Positions 25,801 through 33,857 are shown, counted from the stretch's first letter. The stretch is DNA of 33,857 nt from Streptosporangiaceae bacterium (GCA_049676235.1 JBAUAY010000389.1:1-33857); one strand, 5' to 3'. The notes: generated by a model from the letters alone, not told the origin. Program-made: numbers and translations.

Positions 25801-26805
25801 TCAGAGGGACACGGTGGCGCGAATGCTCTCCCGCAGCGAGCTCATGGTGGCCAGCACGGCGCTCGGCTCGTAGCCGCAGTGCGCCATGCAGTTGTCGCAG
25901 CGCGGGTCCTTGCCCCGGCCGAACTTCTCCCACTCGGTCGTCTCGAGCAGTTCGGCGTACGTCTTGGCGTAGCCGTCGGCCAGCAGGTAGCACGGACGCT
26001 GCCAGCCGAGCAGCGAGTAGGAGGGGACGCCCCACGGCGTGCACGCGAAGTCCCGCTTGCCCTCGAGGAAGTCCAGGAACAGCGGTGAGTGGTTCAGCCG
26101 CCACTTCTTCCTGCGCCCCTCCGCGAAGGCGCTGCCGAACAGTTCGCGGGTCTGCTCCACGCCCAGGAACCTGTCCTGGGCGGGGGCCTTCTCGTAGGCA
26201 TAGCCGGGCGAGATCTCCATCCGGTCGACCTTGAGCTCGTCGTTGAGGTAGTTCAGCACGTCGATCACGGTCTGCGGTGAGTCGGTGTTGAAAAACGTGC
26301 TGTTCGTGTAGACCTGGAAACCGGCCGCCTTGGCCTGCTTGATGGCGGCGACGGCCTGGTCGAACACGCCTTCCTTGCTGACCGATTCGTCGTGCCGCTC
26401 GCGCAGCCCGTCGATGTGCACCATCCAGGCGAAGTTCTTCGACGGCGTGAACTTGTGCAGGTGCTTGGGCATCAGCACCGCGTTGGTGCACAGCACCACG
26501 AACTTACGGCGCTTGACCAGTTCGTTGACCATCTCGTGGATCTGCGGGTGCATCAGCGGCTCGCCGCCCGCGAGCGACACCATCGGGGCCCCGCATTCCT
26601 CGACCGCGGCGACGGCCTGCTCCACCGGCATCCGCCGCTTGAGCTCGGAGGCCGGATGCTGGATTTTCCCGCACCCGACGCACTTGAGGTTGCACGCGAA
26701 CAGCGGCTCGACCTCCACGATCATGGGGAACTTCGCCACCCTGCGCAGCTTCATCTTCATCAGATGCGTACCGAGCTTGATCGACAGATGCAACGGCAAG
26801 CCCAT
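25801..26805 (-). CDS. hpnH: adenosyl-hopene transferase-like radical SAM enzyme (HpnH-like)
   Basis: 334 aa. It has the radical-SAM cluster FACNLKCVGCGK, followed by IQHP....RMPV.QAV.AV.E.GAPMVS.AGGEPLMHPQI. The C-terminal DPRCDNCMAHCGYEP matches remembered Streptomyces HpnH almost along its whole length. Confidence 0.88.
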   Translation of the reverse strand: MGLPLHLSIKLGTHLMKMKLRRVAKFPMIVEVEPLFACNLKCVGCGKIQHPASELKRRMPVEQAVAAVEECGAPMVSLAGGEPLMHPQIHEMVNELVKRRKFVVLCTNAVLMPKHLHKFTPSKNFAWMVHIDGLRERHDESVSKEGVFDQAVAAIKQAKAAGFQVYTNSTFFNTDSPQTVIDVLNYLNDELKVDRMEISPGYAYEKAPAQDRFLGVEQTRELFGSAFAEGRRKKWRLNHSPLFLDFLEGKRDFACTPWGVPSYSLLGWQRPCYLLADGYAKTYAELLETTEWEKFGRGKDPRCDNCMAHCGYEPSAVLATMSSLRESIRATVSL

Positions 26806-26874
26806 CGTCTACTCCTGTTCAGCTCGTGCGCACCAGGCCGTGACCCAGTGCACGTTGCGGGCGTTCGGTCTCAT

Positions 26875-26908
26875 ACATACTTTATGTTCGCTACATACAG
26901 CTTGTATG
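26875..26908. promoter_or_regulatory. two adjacent inverted repeats (ACATA-ctt-TATGT and CATACA-gct-TGTATG): candidate TetR operators
   Basis: Read directly at 26875..26887 and 26894..26908, in the AT-enriched 100-bp hpnH/tetR divergent intergenic region. The second repeat overlaps the tetR ATG (26906). Confidence 0.4.
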
Positions 26909-27571
26909 CCCGATAATACATGCGTGACCCCCACCCGTCGAGACGAGCACGTGGCCGACACGCGTCAGGCGCTCGTCGATGCGGCCCGCAGGCTCTTCAC
27001 CGAGCAGGGCTACGCCGCCACCGGCACCGAGGAGATCGTGGCCGCCGCCCGGGTGACGCGTGGCGCGCTCTACCACCACTTCCACGACAAGACCGACCTG
27101 TTCCGCGCCGTCATGGAGCAGATCGCCCGCGAGGTTGCAGAGCACCTCATCGACGCCGAACTCTCCCGGCCGGCCGCCCTGTCACCCGGCCAGTCGACCG
27201 CGCCACCGCCCGCCGACGCCTGGGATGAAGTCCGTGATGGCCTGCGTGCGTTCCTCGACCTGTGCGTCGTCACCGACGACTTCCAGCGCATCGTGCTGGT
27301 GGAGGGACCGGCGGTGCTCGGCCACGAGGCCTGGGACGAGCTAGTGGCCCGGCACGGCTCGAACCTGCTGGCCGAATGGCTGTCCCGCGCGGTCGAGCAG
27401 GGCCGCATCGCGCCGGTGCCGATCCAGCCGCTCACCCGCCTGCTGATCGCGATGATCTCCGAGTCCAGCCTGTACATAGCGCGCGCCGACAACCGCCCCG
27501 CCGCCCGCCAGGCGATGGGCACGGTCCTCGACCGCCTCCTGACCGGCCTCGAACTACCCCGCGAGCGTTAG
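26906..27571 (+). CDS. TetR/AcrR-family transcriptional regulator
   Basis: ATG 26906 (MPDNTCVTPTRRDEH...). The HTH reads ARRLFTEQGYAATGTEEIVAAARVTRGALYHHFHDKTDLF. The first 192 codons of the track ORF (from 26330) are antisense to hpnH. Confidence 0.88.
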   Translation: MPDNTCVTPTRRDEHVADTRQALVDAARRLFTEQGYAATGTEEIVAAARVTRGALYHHFHDKTDLFRAVMEQIAREVAEHLIDAELSRPAALSPGQSTAPPPADAWDEVRDGLRAFLDLCVVTDDFQRIVLVEGPAVLGHEAWDELVARHGSNLLAEWLSRAVEQGRIAPVPIQPLTRLLIAMISESSLYIARADNRPAARQAMGTVLDRLLTGLELPRER

Positions 27572-27927
27572 CCGCCTCCCGCGCCGGACGCCAGACGCGT
27601 AGTAGTAGGACGAGGCTCGTTCGGGTCCCGGTGGCGAAGGTGACGTCCGCGATCACGGTCGTGGTGAGCGAAGTGACGTGTGGTGCGACCGCTGGTGTGT
27701 AGTCCGGCATCGTGGGCCGAAACCCGCGCCGGAAGGGGGGTAAACGTCCACGTTAATGGCCAGCGTTGCCCTTCACCCGAATGGTTGGTTTAAGGGAACT
27801 GCGCTGTAGGGGCGGAAGAGTTTGGTGCGACGGGTGGGGCACTAGCGCGTCTAACCCCGCCGCCACACCCGCCGCGCAGTTCATTACGCTCAATCCCGTG
27901 AGCCGATCACCAAGTCATGAGCCCAGT

Positions 27928-28590
27928 GTGGTGGCCGCGCCAAAGCCACCCGACCTGGTCGTCATCATGCCGGTCAAGGACTGGGTGTGCGCCCGGTGCG
28001 CGGGTACCGGCGACCTGCTGACGATGGACGACGCGGGGCCGCTTTGCATGACCTGCGCCGACCTGGATCACCTGGTCTTCCTCGGCGCGGGCGACGCCGC
28101 GCTGACCCGCAGGGCGAAGAAGGCCAGCGTGCTCTCGGCCGTGGCGGTGCGATGGAGTCGCAGCCGCAAGCGGTACGAGCGGCAGGGCATCCTGGTCGAG
28201 GAACCAGCTCTCGAGCAGGCCGAACAGGAGTGCCTCGCCGATGAGGACGCGAGGATGCGCCGCCGTGAACGAGATCGTGAGCGCCGCGTCGATGAGGACG
28301 TTGAGCTCCAGGTCCGCATGGCGGCGGAAATCGCGCGGCTGTTTCCCCGCTGCCCGCCCGAGCGTGCCGAGGCGATCGCTCGCCATACCGCTCTGCGGGG
28401 CAGCGGCCGAGTCGGCCGTTCGGCGCCCGGCCGCGCTCTCGACGAGCAGGCGATCACTCTGGCCGTGGTGGCCTCGGTCCGCCACCAGGACACTGACTAC
28501 GACTCCCTGCTGATGTCCGGCGTCCCCCGCGACCTCGCCCGCGACCGCATCCGCCCCGACATCGACAGCATCCTCGCCAGCTGGGCGTAG
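27928..28590 (+). CDS. DUF2293 domain-containing protein
   Basis: The C-terminal LFPRCPPERAEAIARHTALRGSGRVGRS...AVVASVRHQDTDYDSLLMSGVPRDLARDRIRPDID is DUF2293-like. The N-terminus has the cysteine motif CARC...CMTC. The start is uncertain (GTG 27928 is preferred; 27766 and 27967 are possible). Confidence 0.72.
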   Translation: MVAAPKPPDLVVIMPVKDWVCARCAGTGDLLTMDDAGPLCMTCADLDHLVFLGAGDAALTRRAKKASVLSAVAVRWSRSRKRYERQGILVEEPALEQAEQECLADEDARMRRRERDRERRVDEDVELQVRMAAEIARLFPRCPPERAEAIARHTALRGSGRVGRSAPGRALDEQAITLAVVASVRHQDTDYDSLLMSGVPRDLARDRIRPDIDSILASWA

Positions 28591-28835
28591 ATCCGCCCGC
28601 CATTTGTCAGTGGCCGGTGCGGGACTGTGTTCACACCGACTGCGACCGCGGATCGTTATCTCCGCTGTCGAAGATGGGAACAAGCTTCGTTCTGTTACTC
28701 CGTTTTACGCAATTGCGTACTGTACAGGCTTGACCAGCTTGACGGGCTGGCCGGTGACTGGGGCCACGGTCCGGAAGTCGTGGTCGTCGTACAGCATGAT
28801 GAGACGCTCGCGTGCGGTCAGGCCACGGTTCCGCC

Positions 28836-29243
28836 TCAGGGAACCGCGCAAGCGACCGCGATGGTAGCCGTGTGCCCGGCGGTGATCTTCGCGGACGAGG
28901 GCGCCGAGCACGGCAGCTCCTGCTCGCTCCCGTCGGATCCGCTGCTTGTCTCGATGGAGGGCGAACGGCCGGAGACCTGGTACGTGCCCGGCGGCAGCCG
29001 TACCGAGAACGTCCCCGAGGTTCCGACCTGGATGGCGACCTGCCGGTGGCCGGCCGCGGTGAAGGTTACTGTGCCAGGGATGGGCCGCTCACCCGGCTGC
29101 TGTCCGCCCGGACCCATTGGGCCGCCTTCCATGACCAGCCTGCCGGCCAGGTGACCTGTCACTGGTGCCTGTCCGCCGGTGGCGGCGCATCCGGCTATCA
29201 GCAGTGCGGCGAGCAGGCAAGCGCAGGTCCGCAGATGGTTCAT
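28836..29243 (-). CDS. secreted lipoprotein with a carboxypeptidase-regulatory-like beta-sandwich
   Basis: The signal peptide carries a lipobox (LLAALLIAGC). GTVTFTAAGHRQVAIQVGTSGTFSVRLPPGTYQV is typical of the CarboxypepD_reg-like fold. Confidence 0.68.
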   Translation of the reverse strand: MNHLRTCACLLAALLIAGCAATGGQAPVTGHLAGRLVMEGGPMGPGGQQPGERPIPGTVTFTAAGHRQVAIQVGTSGTFSVRLPPGTYQVSGRSPSIETSSGSDGSEQELPCSAPSSAKITAGHTATIAVACAVP

Positions 29244-29392
29244 GTTTCCCCCTCATCCCCGTTCACTGGCATTTGGACGCGCCCGCCCGGTTGCCTGGTT
29301 CCCGGTCACATCCCGATCGCCGTTTCCGTCACCCTGGTAATCCGGGCTACCCGCCGGGTAGGGAATCCAGGTCACCAAGGGAGGAGCATCAG

Positions 29393-30064
29393 GTGAAGCT
29401 CACGATCTTCGCGGCCACCGGCGGCATCGGCCGGCAGTTGCTCGAGCAGGCCGTCGCCGCGGGCCACGACGTGACCGCCGTGGTCAGGAACCCGCAGAGC
29501 CTGCCGTCCACGTCGGCGTGCGTCGTCGTCATCGCCGACCTCGCGACTGCGGCCCCGGCGGCGCTTCAGTCCGCGGTTAGCGGGGCCGAAGCGGTTCTCT
29601 CGGCGCTCGGGGCCCGGACGAAGGCCGACGCCGGCGTCGCCTGGAAGGGCACCAAAGCCATAACCGAGGCCATGCAGGCGTCCGGCGTCCGGCGCATCGT
29701 CGTGGTCAGCGCGGCGCCCATCGGCACCGTGCCCTCGCCGTCACGCCCGCACCCGCCCAAGGACGATCCGGGCGACGGGTTCTTCATGAGGCACCTGGCC
29801 AATCCCGTGGTGAAGGCGGCGCTACGCGAGCACTACGCGGACCTGGCCCGGATGGAGGAGGTCCTGCGCGACAGCGACCTGGACTGGACCGTCGTGCGTC
29901 CGCCGAGGCTAACGGACAAGCCAGTGACCGGCACGTACCGAACGGCCTACGGCCAGAACGTCCGCCGCGGCATCTTCGTCTCGCGGGCGGACGTCGCCCA
30001 CTACATTCTCCACGCGCTCGATCAGCCCGAGACGTTCCAGCGAACGGTCGGCATCGCGAACTAA
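29393..30064 (+). CDS. NAD(P)H-binding SDR-type oxidoreductase (flavin reductase/BVR-B-like)
   Basis: GTG 29393 follows GGGAGGAG. The N-terminus reads KLTIFAATGGIGRQLLEQAVAAGHDVTAVVRNP. The upstream part of track ORF 29165.. has no family resemblance. Confidence 0.85.
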   Translation: MKLTIFAATGGIGRQLLEQAVAAGHDVTAVVRNPQSLPSTSACVVVIADLATAAPAALQSAVSGAEAVLSALGARTKADAGVAWKGTKAITEAMQASGVRRIVVVSAAPIGTVPSPSRPHPPKDDPGDGFFMRHLANPVVKAALREHYADLARMEEVLRDSDLDWTVVRPPRLTDKPVTGTYRTAYGQNVRRGIFVSRADVAHYILHALDQPETFQRTVGIAN

Positions 30065-30081
30065 CGTCGTGGCGGCAACTA

Positions 30082-30831
30082 TCAGGAGACCTTCAGCCGC
30101 ACGACGTCTCGGCCCGGTGGTATACCGAACGTCTTCCGGTACTCGCGGCTGAACTGCGACGGGCTCTCGTAGCCAACGAGATAGCCGACCTCCGCCACGT
30201 TCGCCGGCTGGGTCATGAGCAGCGCGCGGGCCTCCTGCAGGCGGATCTGCTTTTGGAACTGGATCGGCGTCATCGACGTTGCGGCGCGGAAATGCCGGTG
30301 AAAGGACGACGCGCTCATGCCGGACAGCTCGGCCAGGTCCGCGATCAGCACGGGTTCGTTGTAGTGCTCGCGGATATAGCGGATCGCGCGGGAGATATGC
30401 GCGAGGCTGCTGTTGGCCAGGCCGATCTGGCGAACCAGTGCGCCCTGGTCGCCGGTGACCAGACGCCAGAGGATCTCCCGCTCCAGGCCGGGTGCGAGCA
30501 CCCGGAGGTCATCTGGGCGATCCAGCAGGCGCAGCAGCCGGACGATCGGATCGAGTAGTTCCGGCGTCGCGTTGCTGACGGCCAAGCCGGAGAAGGCGGG
30601 CGGCTTGGTGGTGCTGACGGTCTCCAGCAGCAACGGCGCGATCGCGGCCGGCTTCAGCGTCATGGTGAAGACGGCGAAGGGCTCCTCCTCGCTGGCCTCG
30701 AGCGCCTGACCTATGACCGGGAGGTCGACCGACACGACGAGGTACTGGCCGGCCCGGTAGTCGTAGGGCACGCCGTTCAGCACCGTGCGCTTGACGCCCT
30801 GACCGACTACCGCCAGCGACGGCTCTGACAT
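30082..30831 (-). CDS. AraC-family transcriptional regulator (AraC_N-type), apparently 5'-truncated
   Basis: The C-terminal HTH reads SSFHRHFRAATSMTPIQFQKQIRLQEARALL...VGYESPSQFSREYRKTFG. AraC_N-like similarity starts only at ...GEPTPPVAVMSEPSLAVVGQGVKR. Roughly 40-50 expected N-terminal residues are missing. The upstream in-frame sequence of the track ORF (to 31092) is antisense to the AKR remnant. Confidence 0.7.
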   Translation of the reverse strand: MSEPSLAVVGQGVKRTVLNGVPYDYRAGQYLVVSVDLPVIGQALEASEEEPFAVFTMTLKPAAIAPLLLETVSTTKPPAFSGLAVSNATPELLDPIVRLLRLLDRPDDLRVLAPGLEREILWRLVTGDQGALVRQIGLANSSLAHISRAIRYIREHYNEPVLIADLAELSGMSASSFHRHFRAATSMTPIQFQKQIRLQEARALLMTQPANVAEVGYLVGYESPSQFSREYRKTFGIPPGRDVVRLKVS

Positions 30832-30876
30832 CACGGCGACCGGAGGGGTGGGCTCGCCCACGCAGGAGATGGACAC

Positions 30877-31743
30877 GACACGGCTGACGTCTACTCCCGG
30901 GGTGAGTCCGAGGAGATCGTCGGCCGGGCCATCAAGGGCCGCCGGGATGATCTTGTCATCGCCACCAAGTTCGGCATGCCGATGGGCGAAGACCCGAACC
31001 ACCGGGGCGGCTCGCGAAGGTGGATCGCGCGCGAGGTGGAGGACAGCCTCCGGCGGCTCGACACCGATTACATCGACCTGTACCAGATGCACCGTCCCGA
31101 CTACGAGACCGAGATCGGCGAGACCATGTCCGCGCTGTCCGACCTAGTCCGGGCCGGCAAGATCCGGGCGTTCGGGTCATCTATGTTCCCGGCGGAGATG
31201 ATCGTCGAGGCGCAGTGGGCGGCGGAGCGGCGGGGATCTTGCCGCTTCCTGACCGAGCAGCCCATGTACTCCATCTTCACCCGCAAGCCGGAGGGGGGCG
31301 TACTCCCGACCGCGCAGCGTTACGGGCTTGGCGTGCTCACCTTCAGCCCGCTTAACGGCGGCTGGCTCTCCGGGCGCGCGAACCTCACCGCGGGTCACCG
31401 GGCCTCGCGTCGCCCCTCCGCCTATGACTCGTCGAATCCGGCCGTTCAGTTGAAGGCCGCCGCACTCGGTAGGCTCACCGCCGTCGCCAACGAGGTGGGG
31501 GTGACGCTGCCTCAGCTTGCGACCGCCTTCGTCCGCGCTCATCCCGCGGTCACGTCGGTCCTGATCGGCCCGCGCACGCAGGAGCACCTCGACGGGCTGC
31601 TATCTGGCGCCGATATCGAGCTGTCCGGCGACATCCTCGATCGCATCGACGAGATCGTCCCGCCCGGAACCGACCTCGACCCCGCGGACAACTACGCGGC
31701 GACACCGCCCGCGCTGGAGAACGCCAGCTTTCGCCGCAGGTAA
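30877..31743 (+). pseudogene. aldo/keto reductase, 5'-truncated remnant (first in-frame ATG at 30976)
   Basis: The in-frame translation upstream of the track ORF reads DTADVYSRGESEEIVGRAIKGRRDDLVIATKFGMPMGE..., which is the AKR catalytic Asp/Tyr motif region. An in-frame TGA lies at about 30827. No AKR-like N-terminal 50 aa exist in any frame, because that DNA encodes AraC on the other strand. Confidence 0.7.
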
Positions 31744-31796
31744 CGGCCCACCGGAAGGCGTACGTTATTTACGGGGCATCGACCGGGAGCCGCGAT

Positions 31797-32903
31797 ATGA
31801 ACGTCTCGCTAGATGAGCACAGGCTTGGCGGGCTGCGCTGGATCGTGCTGCGTGGTCCGGACCGCGCGGCATTCCGGGCGCTCGGGGAACACACGCATGA
31901 TGAGATAGCGGCGCTCACCGCGACGTGGCCGCTGCTGGGCAGGCTGCGCGAGCACGTCTCAAGCCCGCCGGGAAGCGATCGCCTGGCCACTGTGCGCCAG
32001 GCCAGTTCGCTGGGTTTCCCTGAGGTCTGGGCGGAACTAGCCGCGTTCGCCGAAGGGACTGCGCTGCCGTTCGAGGATCTGATGTTGCTGAACTTCCGCG
32101 GCGACATCGGCCAGGTGGCCGGCGGCATCGGATGCAGCGACCTGGCGTGGCGGCGGGAACGGTCGGTCATCGCCCACAACGAGGATGGTGCGCCAGAAAA
32201 CGTCGGGCAGTGCGCCCTGCTCACGTTGGCTCTCGACGGCCTGCCGACCGTGACGGCCTTCTGGTATCCCGGCTTCCTGCCAAGCAACGCGTTTGCCGTG
32301 ACCGGCGACGGGCTGGTGTGGAGCATCGATCACCTCCCGGTCGCTTCGCCCGGCGACGGAGCGGGCCGGCATTTCGTGGGCCGGGGGCTGCAGCGATCGG
32401 CGAGAACGGTCCACCAGGCCATCGACTACCTGTGGACGCACCCTTCGGCGGGCGGGTTCGCTTACACCATCGGCGACCGGACCGGGCGGATCGTCAGCGC
32501 AGAGGCCGCGGCCGGGCGCCTTGCTCTCGTGGAAGTGGGGCCGGGATCGGGTCCGCTGCTGTGGCACACCAATCACGGGCGGTACCTTCCGGGTTCCGAG
32601 CCATCACCGGGGGGCAATAGCGTGGCGCGCGGCGAGACGCTGGGCGCCCTCGCCGTCCCCGCGGAAGATCCCGACCCGGCGTGGTTCCTGCACGTCCTGG
32701 CGGACGCGTCGCTACCGGACGGCGTCCGCTGCGATCCCGCGCCTGGCCACCCGGCCACCACGTTGTGTACCTTCATCGCGGACCTCGCCGCAGGTGAGGC
32801 CGTCATCGCCGCCCGGGACGACCAGCCGGTAGCCATCCCGCTGCGTGATCTGGCGGAAGGAAATCCGCGCCGTCAGCGCCAGCTGGCGAGCACCCGCGAG
32901 TAG
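31797..32903 (+). CDS. C45-family peptidase / acyl-CoA:6-APA acyltransferase-like Ntn hydrolase
   Basis: Has a putative nucleophile context GGIGCSDLAW, followed by VIAHNEDG, GFLPSNAF and LLWHTNH. GGGAG lies upstream of ATG 31797. Confidence 0.78.
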   Translation: MNVSLDEHRLGGLRWIVLRGPDRAAFRALGEHTHDEIAALTATWPLLGRLREHVSSPPGSDRLATVRQASSLGFPEVWAELAAFAEGTALPFEDLMLLNFRGDIGQVAGGIGCSDLAWRRERSVIAHNEDGAPENVGQCALLTLALDGLPTVTAFWYPGFLPSNAFAVTGDGLVWSIDHLPVASPGDGAGRHFVGRGLQRSARTVHQAIDYLWTHPSAGGFAYTIGDRTGRIVSAEAAAGRLALVEVGPGSGPLLWHTNHGRYLPGSEPSPGGNSVARGETLGALAVPAEDPDPAWFLHVLADASLPDGVRCDPAPGHPATTLCTFIADLAAGEAVIAARDDQPVAIPLRDLAEGNPRRQRQLASTRE

Positions 32904-32925
32904 CGAGTCCGGCGGAGCTGAGCGC

Positions 32926-33768
32926 CTAAGCCTCGGCGGCCTTCGCGGCCGCCGCGGAGGAGTTATTCGAGCGGGAGGAGGACTTGCGGCTCCTTGTCCT
33001 GGCGGGCTTCCGTGGTTCTTCGATCAGCTTGACGGTGATATCGGGTCCGCCGGCCTCGACGATCTGAACGCGCTTCGGCAGCATGGCCAGGAACGCCCGG
33101 AAGCTCCGGCACCCGTAGTTGTGCTCGTCAAACGCCGCGTCCAGCGCCAGCATCTTGCTCTTCAGCCCGCCGGCCGTCATCGTCTCGGCGTTAGATTCCT
33201 CGAACGCCCGGACCAGCAGCTGCTCGGCCGTAGCGATGTTGAACGCGGCATTTACCGCAGGCCGCACTTCAGGCTCGACTTCGGCGACCAGCGTGCCCCA
33301 GTACTTGTATTCCGAGCAGACCGAGACCAGCTTCCGGCTGGCGTTCGCCTCCGTCCCGACCCCCACCACCCATTTGCCGAACTCCCGCAGCCGCTGCACC
33401 AGCGGCGAGTAGTCGCCATCCCCGCTGACCAGGACGAACACGCTGATCTCCGGATGCACGATCAGGGTTTCCATGGCATCGACGGCCATCCGGATGTCGG
33501 CAGCGTTCTTGTTCTGGATGCCGACCCGCGCCACCTGGATGAGGTCGACGCCGTTCATCGCGAGGTCATCCTGGTGACTGCCGAAGAGCGTATTGGCCCA
33601 GTCCGCGTAGGCCCGGCGCACCGAAGCGTTGCCGTATCCGCGGCACAACCGGGTCAGTGCCTCGTATGGCGCCGGGTTCGCCTGGTTGGGCAGCTCCTTG
33701 ACCGCGCCGAGGACGAGGTTCTCGAAATCCACGAACACGGCGACCTGCGCGGACCCGTCAGGCTCCAT
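32926..33768 (-). CDS. NYN-domain (LabA-like) putative RNase with a C-terminal OST-HTH/LOTUS domain
   Basis: The NYN motifs are VAVFVDFENL, KNAADIRMAVDAMETL and VLVSGDGDYSPLVQRLREFGK.VVGVG. The C-terminal LOTUS-like region reads LKSKMLALDAAFDEHNYGCRSFRAFLAML. GAGGAG RBS lies upstream of ATG 33768. Confidence 0.86.
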   Translation of the reverse strand: MEPDGSAQVAVFVDFENLVLGAVKELPNQANPAPYEALTRLCRGYGNASVRRAYADWANTLFGSHQDDLAMNGVDLIQVARVGIQNKNAADIRMAVDAMETLIVHPEISVFVLVSGDGDYSPLVQRLREFGKWVVGVGTEANASRKLVSVCSEYKYWGTLVAEVEPEVRPAVNAAFNIATAEQLLVRAFEESNAETMTAGGLKSKMLALDAAFDEHNYGCRSFRAFLAMLPKRVQIVEAGGPDITVKLIEEPRKPARTRSRKSSSRSNNSSAAAAKAAEA

Positions 33769-33857
33769 CGTTCATCTCCTCAGCCGACCTAGCGATCTGT
33801 CGATTCGGTGACCTGGCGATGAAACGTTATCTCAGATCGGCGAGCCGGCCGACCAGC

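Noticed and set aside
26330-26905. 192-codon N-terminal extension of the TetR ORF.
   Set aside because: It is antisense to the hpnH coding sequence and crosses the AT-rich intergenic region. The TetR HTH begins about 20 aa after ATG 26906, as expected for the family.
27432-27710. 92-aa minus-strand ORF (MPDYTPAVAPHVTSLTTTVIADVTFATGTRTS...) considered as a possible RiPP precursor, because a radical SAM gene is nearby.
   Set aside because: The radical SAM enzyme is a near full-length HpnH match rather than a peptide-modifying (SPASM-type) enzyme. The ORF overlaps the TetR 3' end, has no RBS that I could see, and its C-terminal half is Arg/Gly low-complexity.
30832-31092. Extended AraC start (track ORF to 31092) and ORF 30848-31147(+).
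   Set aside because: The extension is the antisense of the AKR remnant and shows no AraC_N similarity. ORF 30848-31147 is out of frame with the AKR homology.
33827-33857. Possible 3' end of another minus-strand gene at the right edge of the window (…LVGRLADLR-stop).
   Set aside because: Only about 10 codons are visible, and a second frame also ends nearby. There is not enough sequence to support a call.
1-33857. Looked for CRISPR arrays, tRNA or rRNA genes, IS elements or transposases, integrases, and long direct or inverted repeats that would delimit the Wadjet/SNF2 region as a mobile island.
   Set aside because: I could recognise none by eye. The only tandem repeats are the short in-frame ones inside jetD and the helicase. 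Island boundaries cannot be established without comparative genomics.

Overview
This is a high-GC (roughly 70%) actinomycete-type chromosomal segment, densely coding, with about 33 supportable genes. I found no tRNA or rRNA genes, CRISPR arrays, transposases or integrases. The clearest system is a complete Wadjet (JetABCD / MksBEFG-like) anti-plasmid operon at 14728-21487. Its JetD has an unusual C-terminal tail made of a 15-bp tandem repeat. Converging on Wadjet is an SNF2-family helicase translationally coupled to a SWIM zinc-finger protein (HelZ-like pair). An orphan hopanoid radical-SAM gene (hpnH-like) follows on the same strand, with a divergent TetR regulator. The least-explained module, and my best candidate for an undescribed system, is a tightly coupled four-gene operon at 7046-9965. 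It encodes an ECF sigma factor with a C-terminal SnoaL-like domain, a HipA-like kinase with no HipB partner, a DUF3037 protein and a SAM methyltransferase, and it is preceded by a short upstream ORF with a strong Shine-Dalgarno sequence. Other notable items are a DUF4397 surface protein plus class F sortase locus and a head-to-head AraC / aldo-keto reductase pair that looks like a deletion scar. An AT-containing palindromic motif is also shared by two divergent lipid-metabolism promoters. The rest is ordinary metabolism: acyl-CoA synthetase, GalE, an F420-dependent LLM oxidoreductase, a HAD hydrolase, aldo-keto reductases, a CYP124-like P450, NUDIX, a C45 peptidase and a NYN-LOTUS protein. All family assignments rest on motifs read from the translations and remembered family signatures. 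No database search was run.
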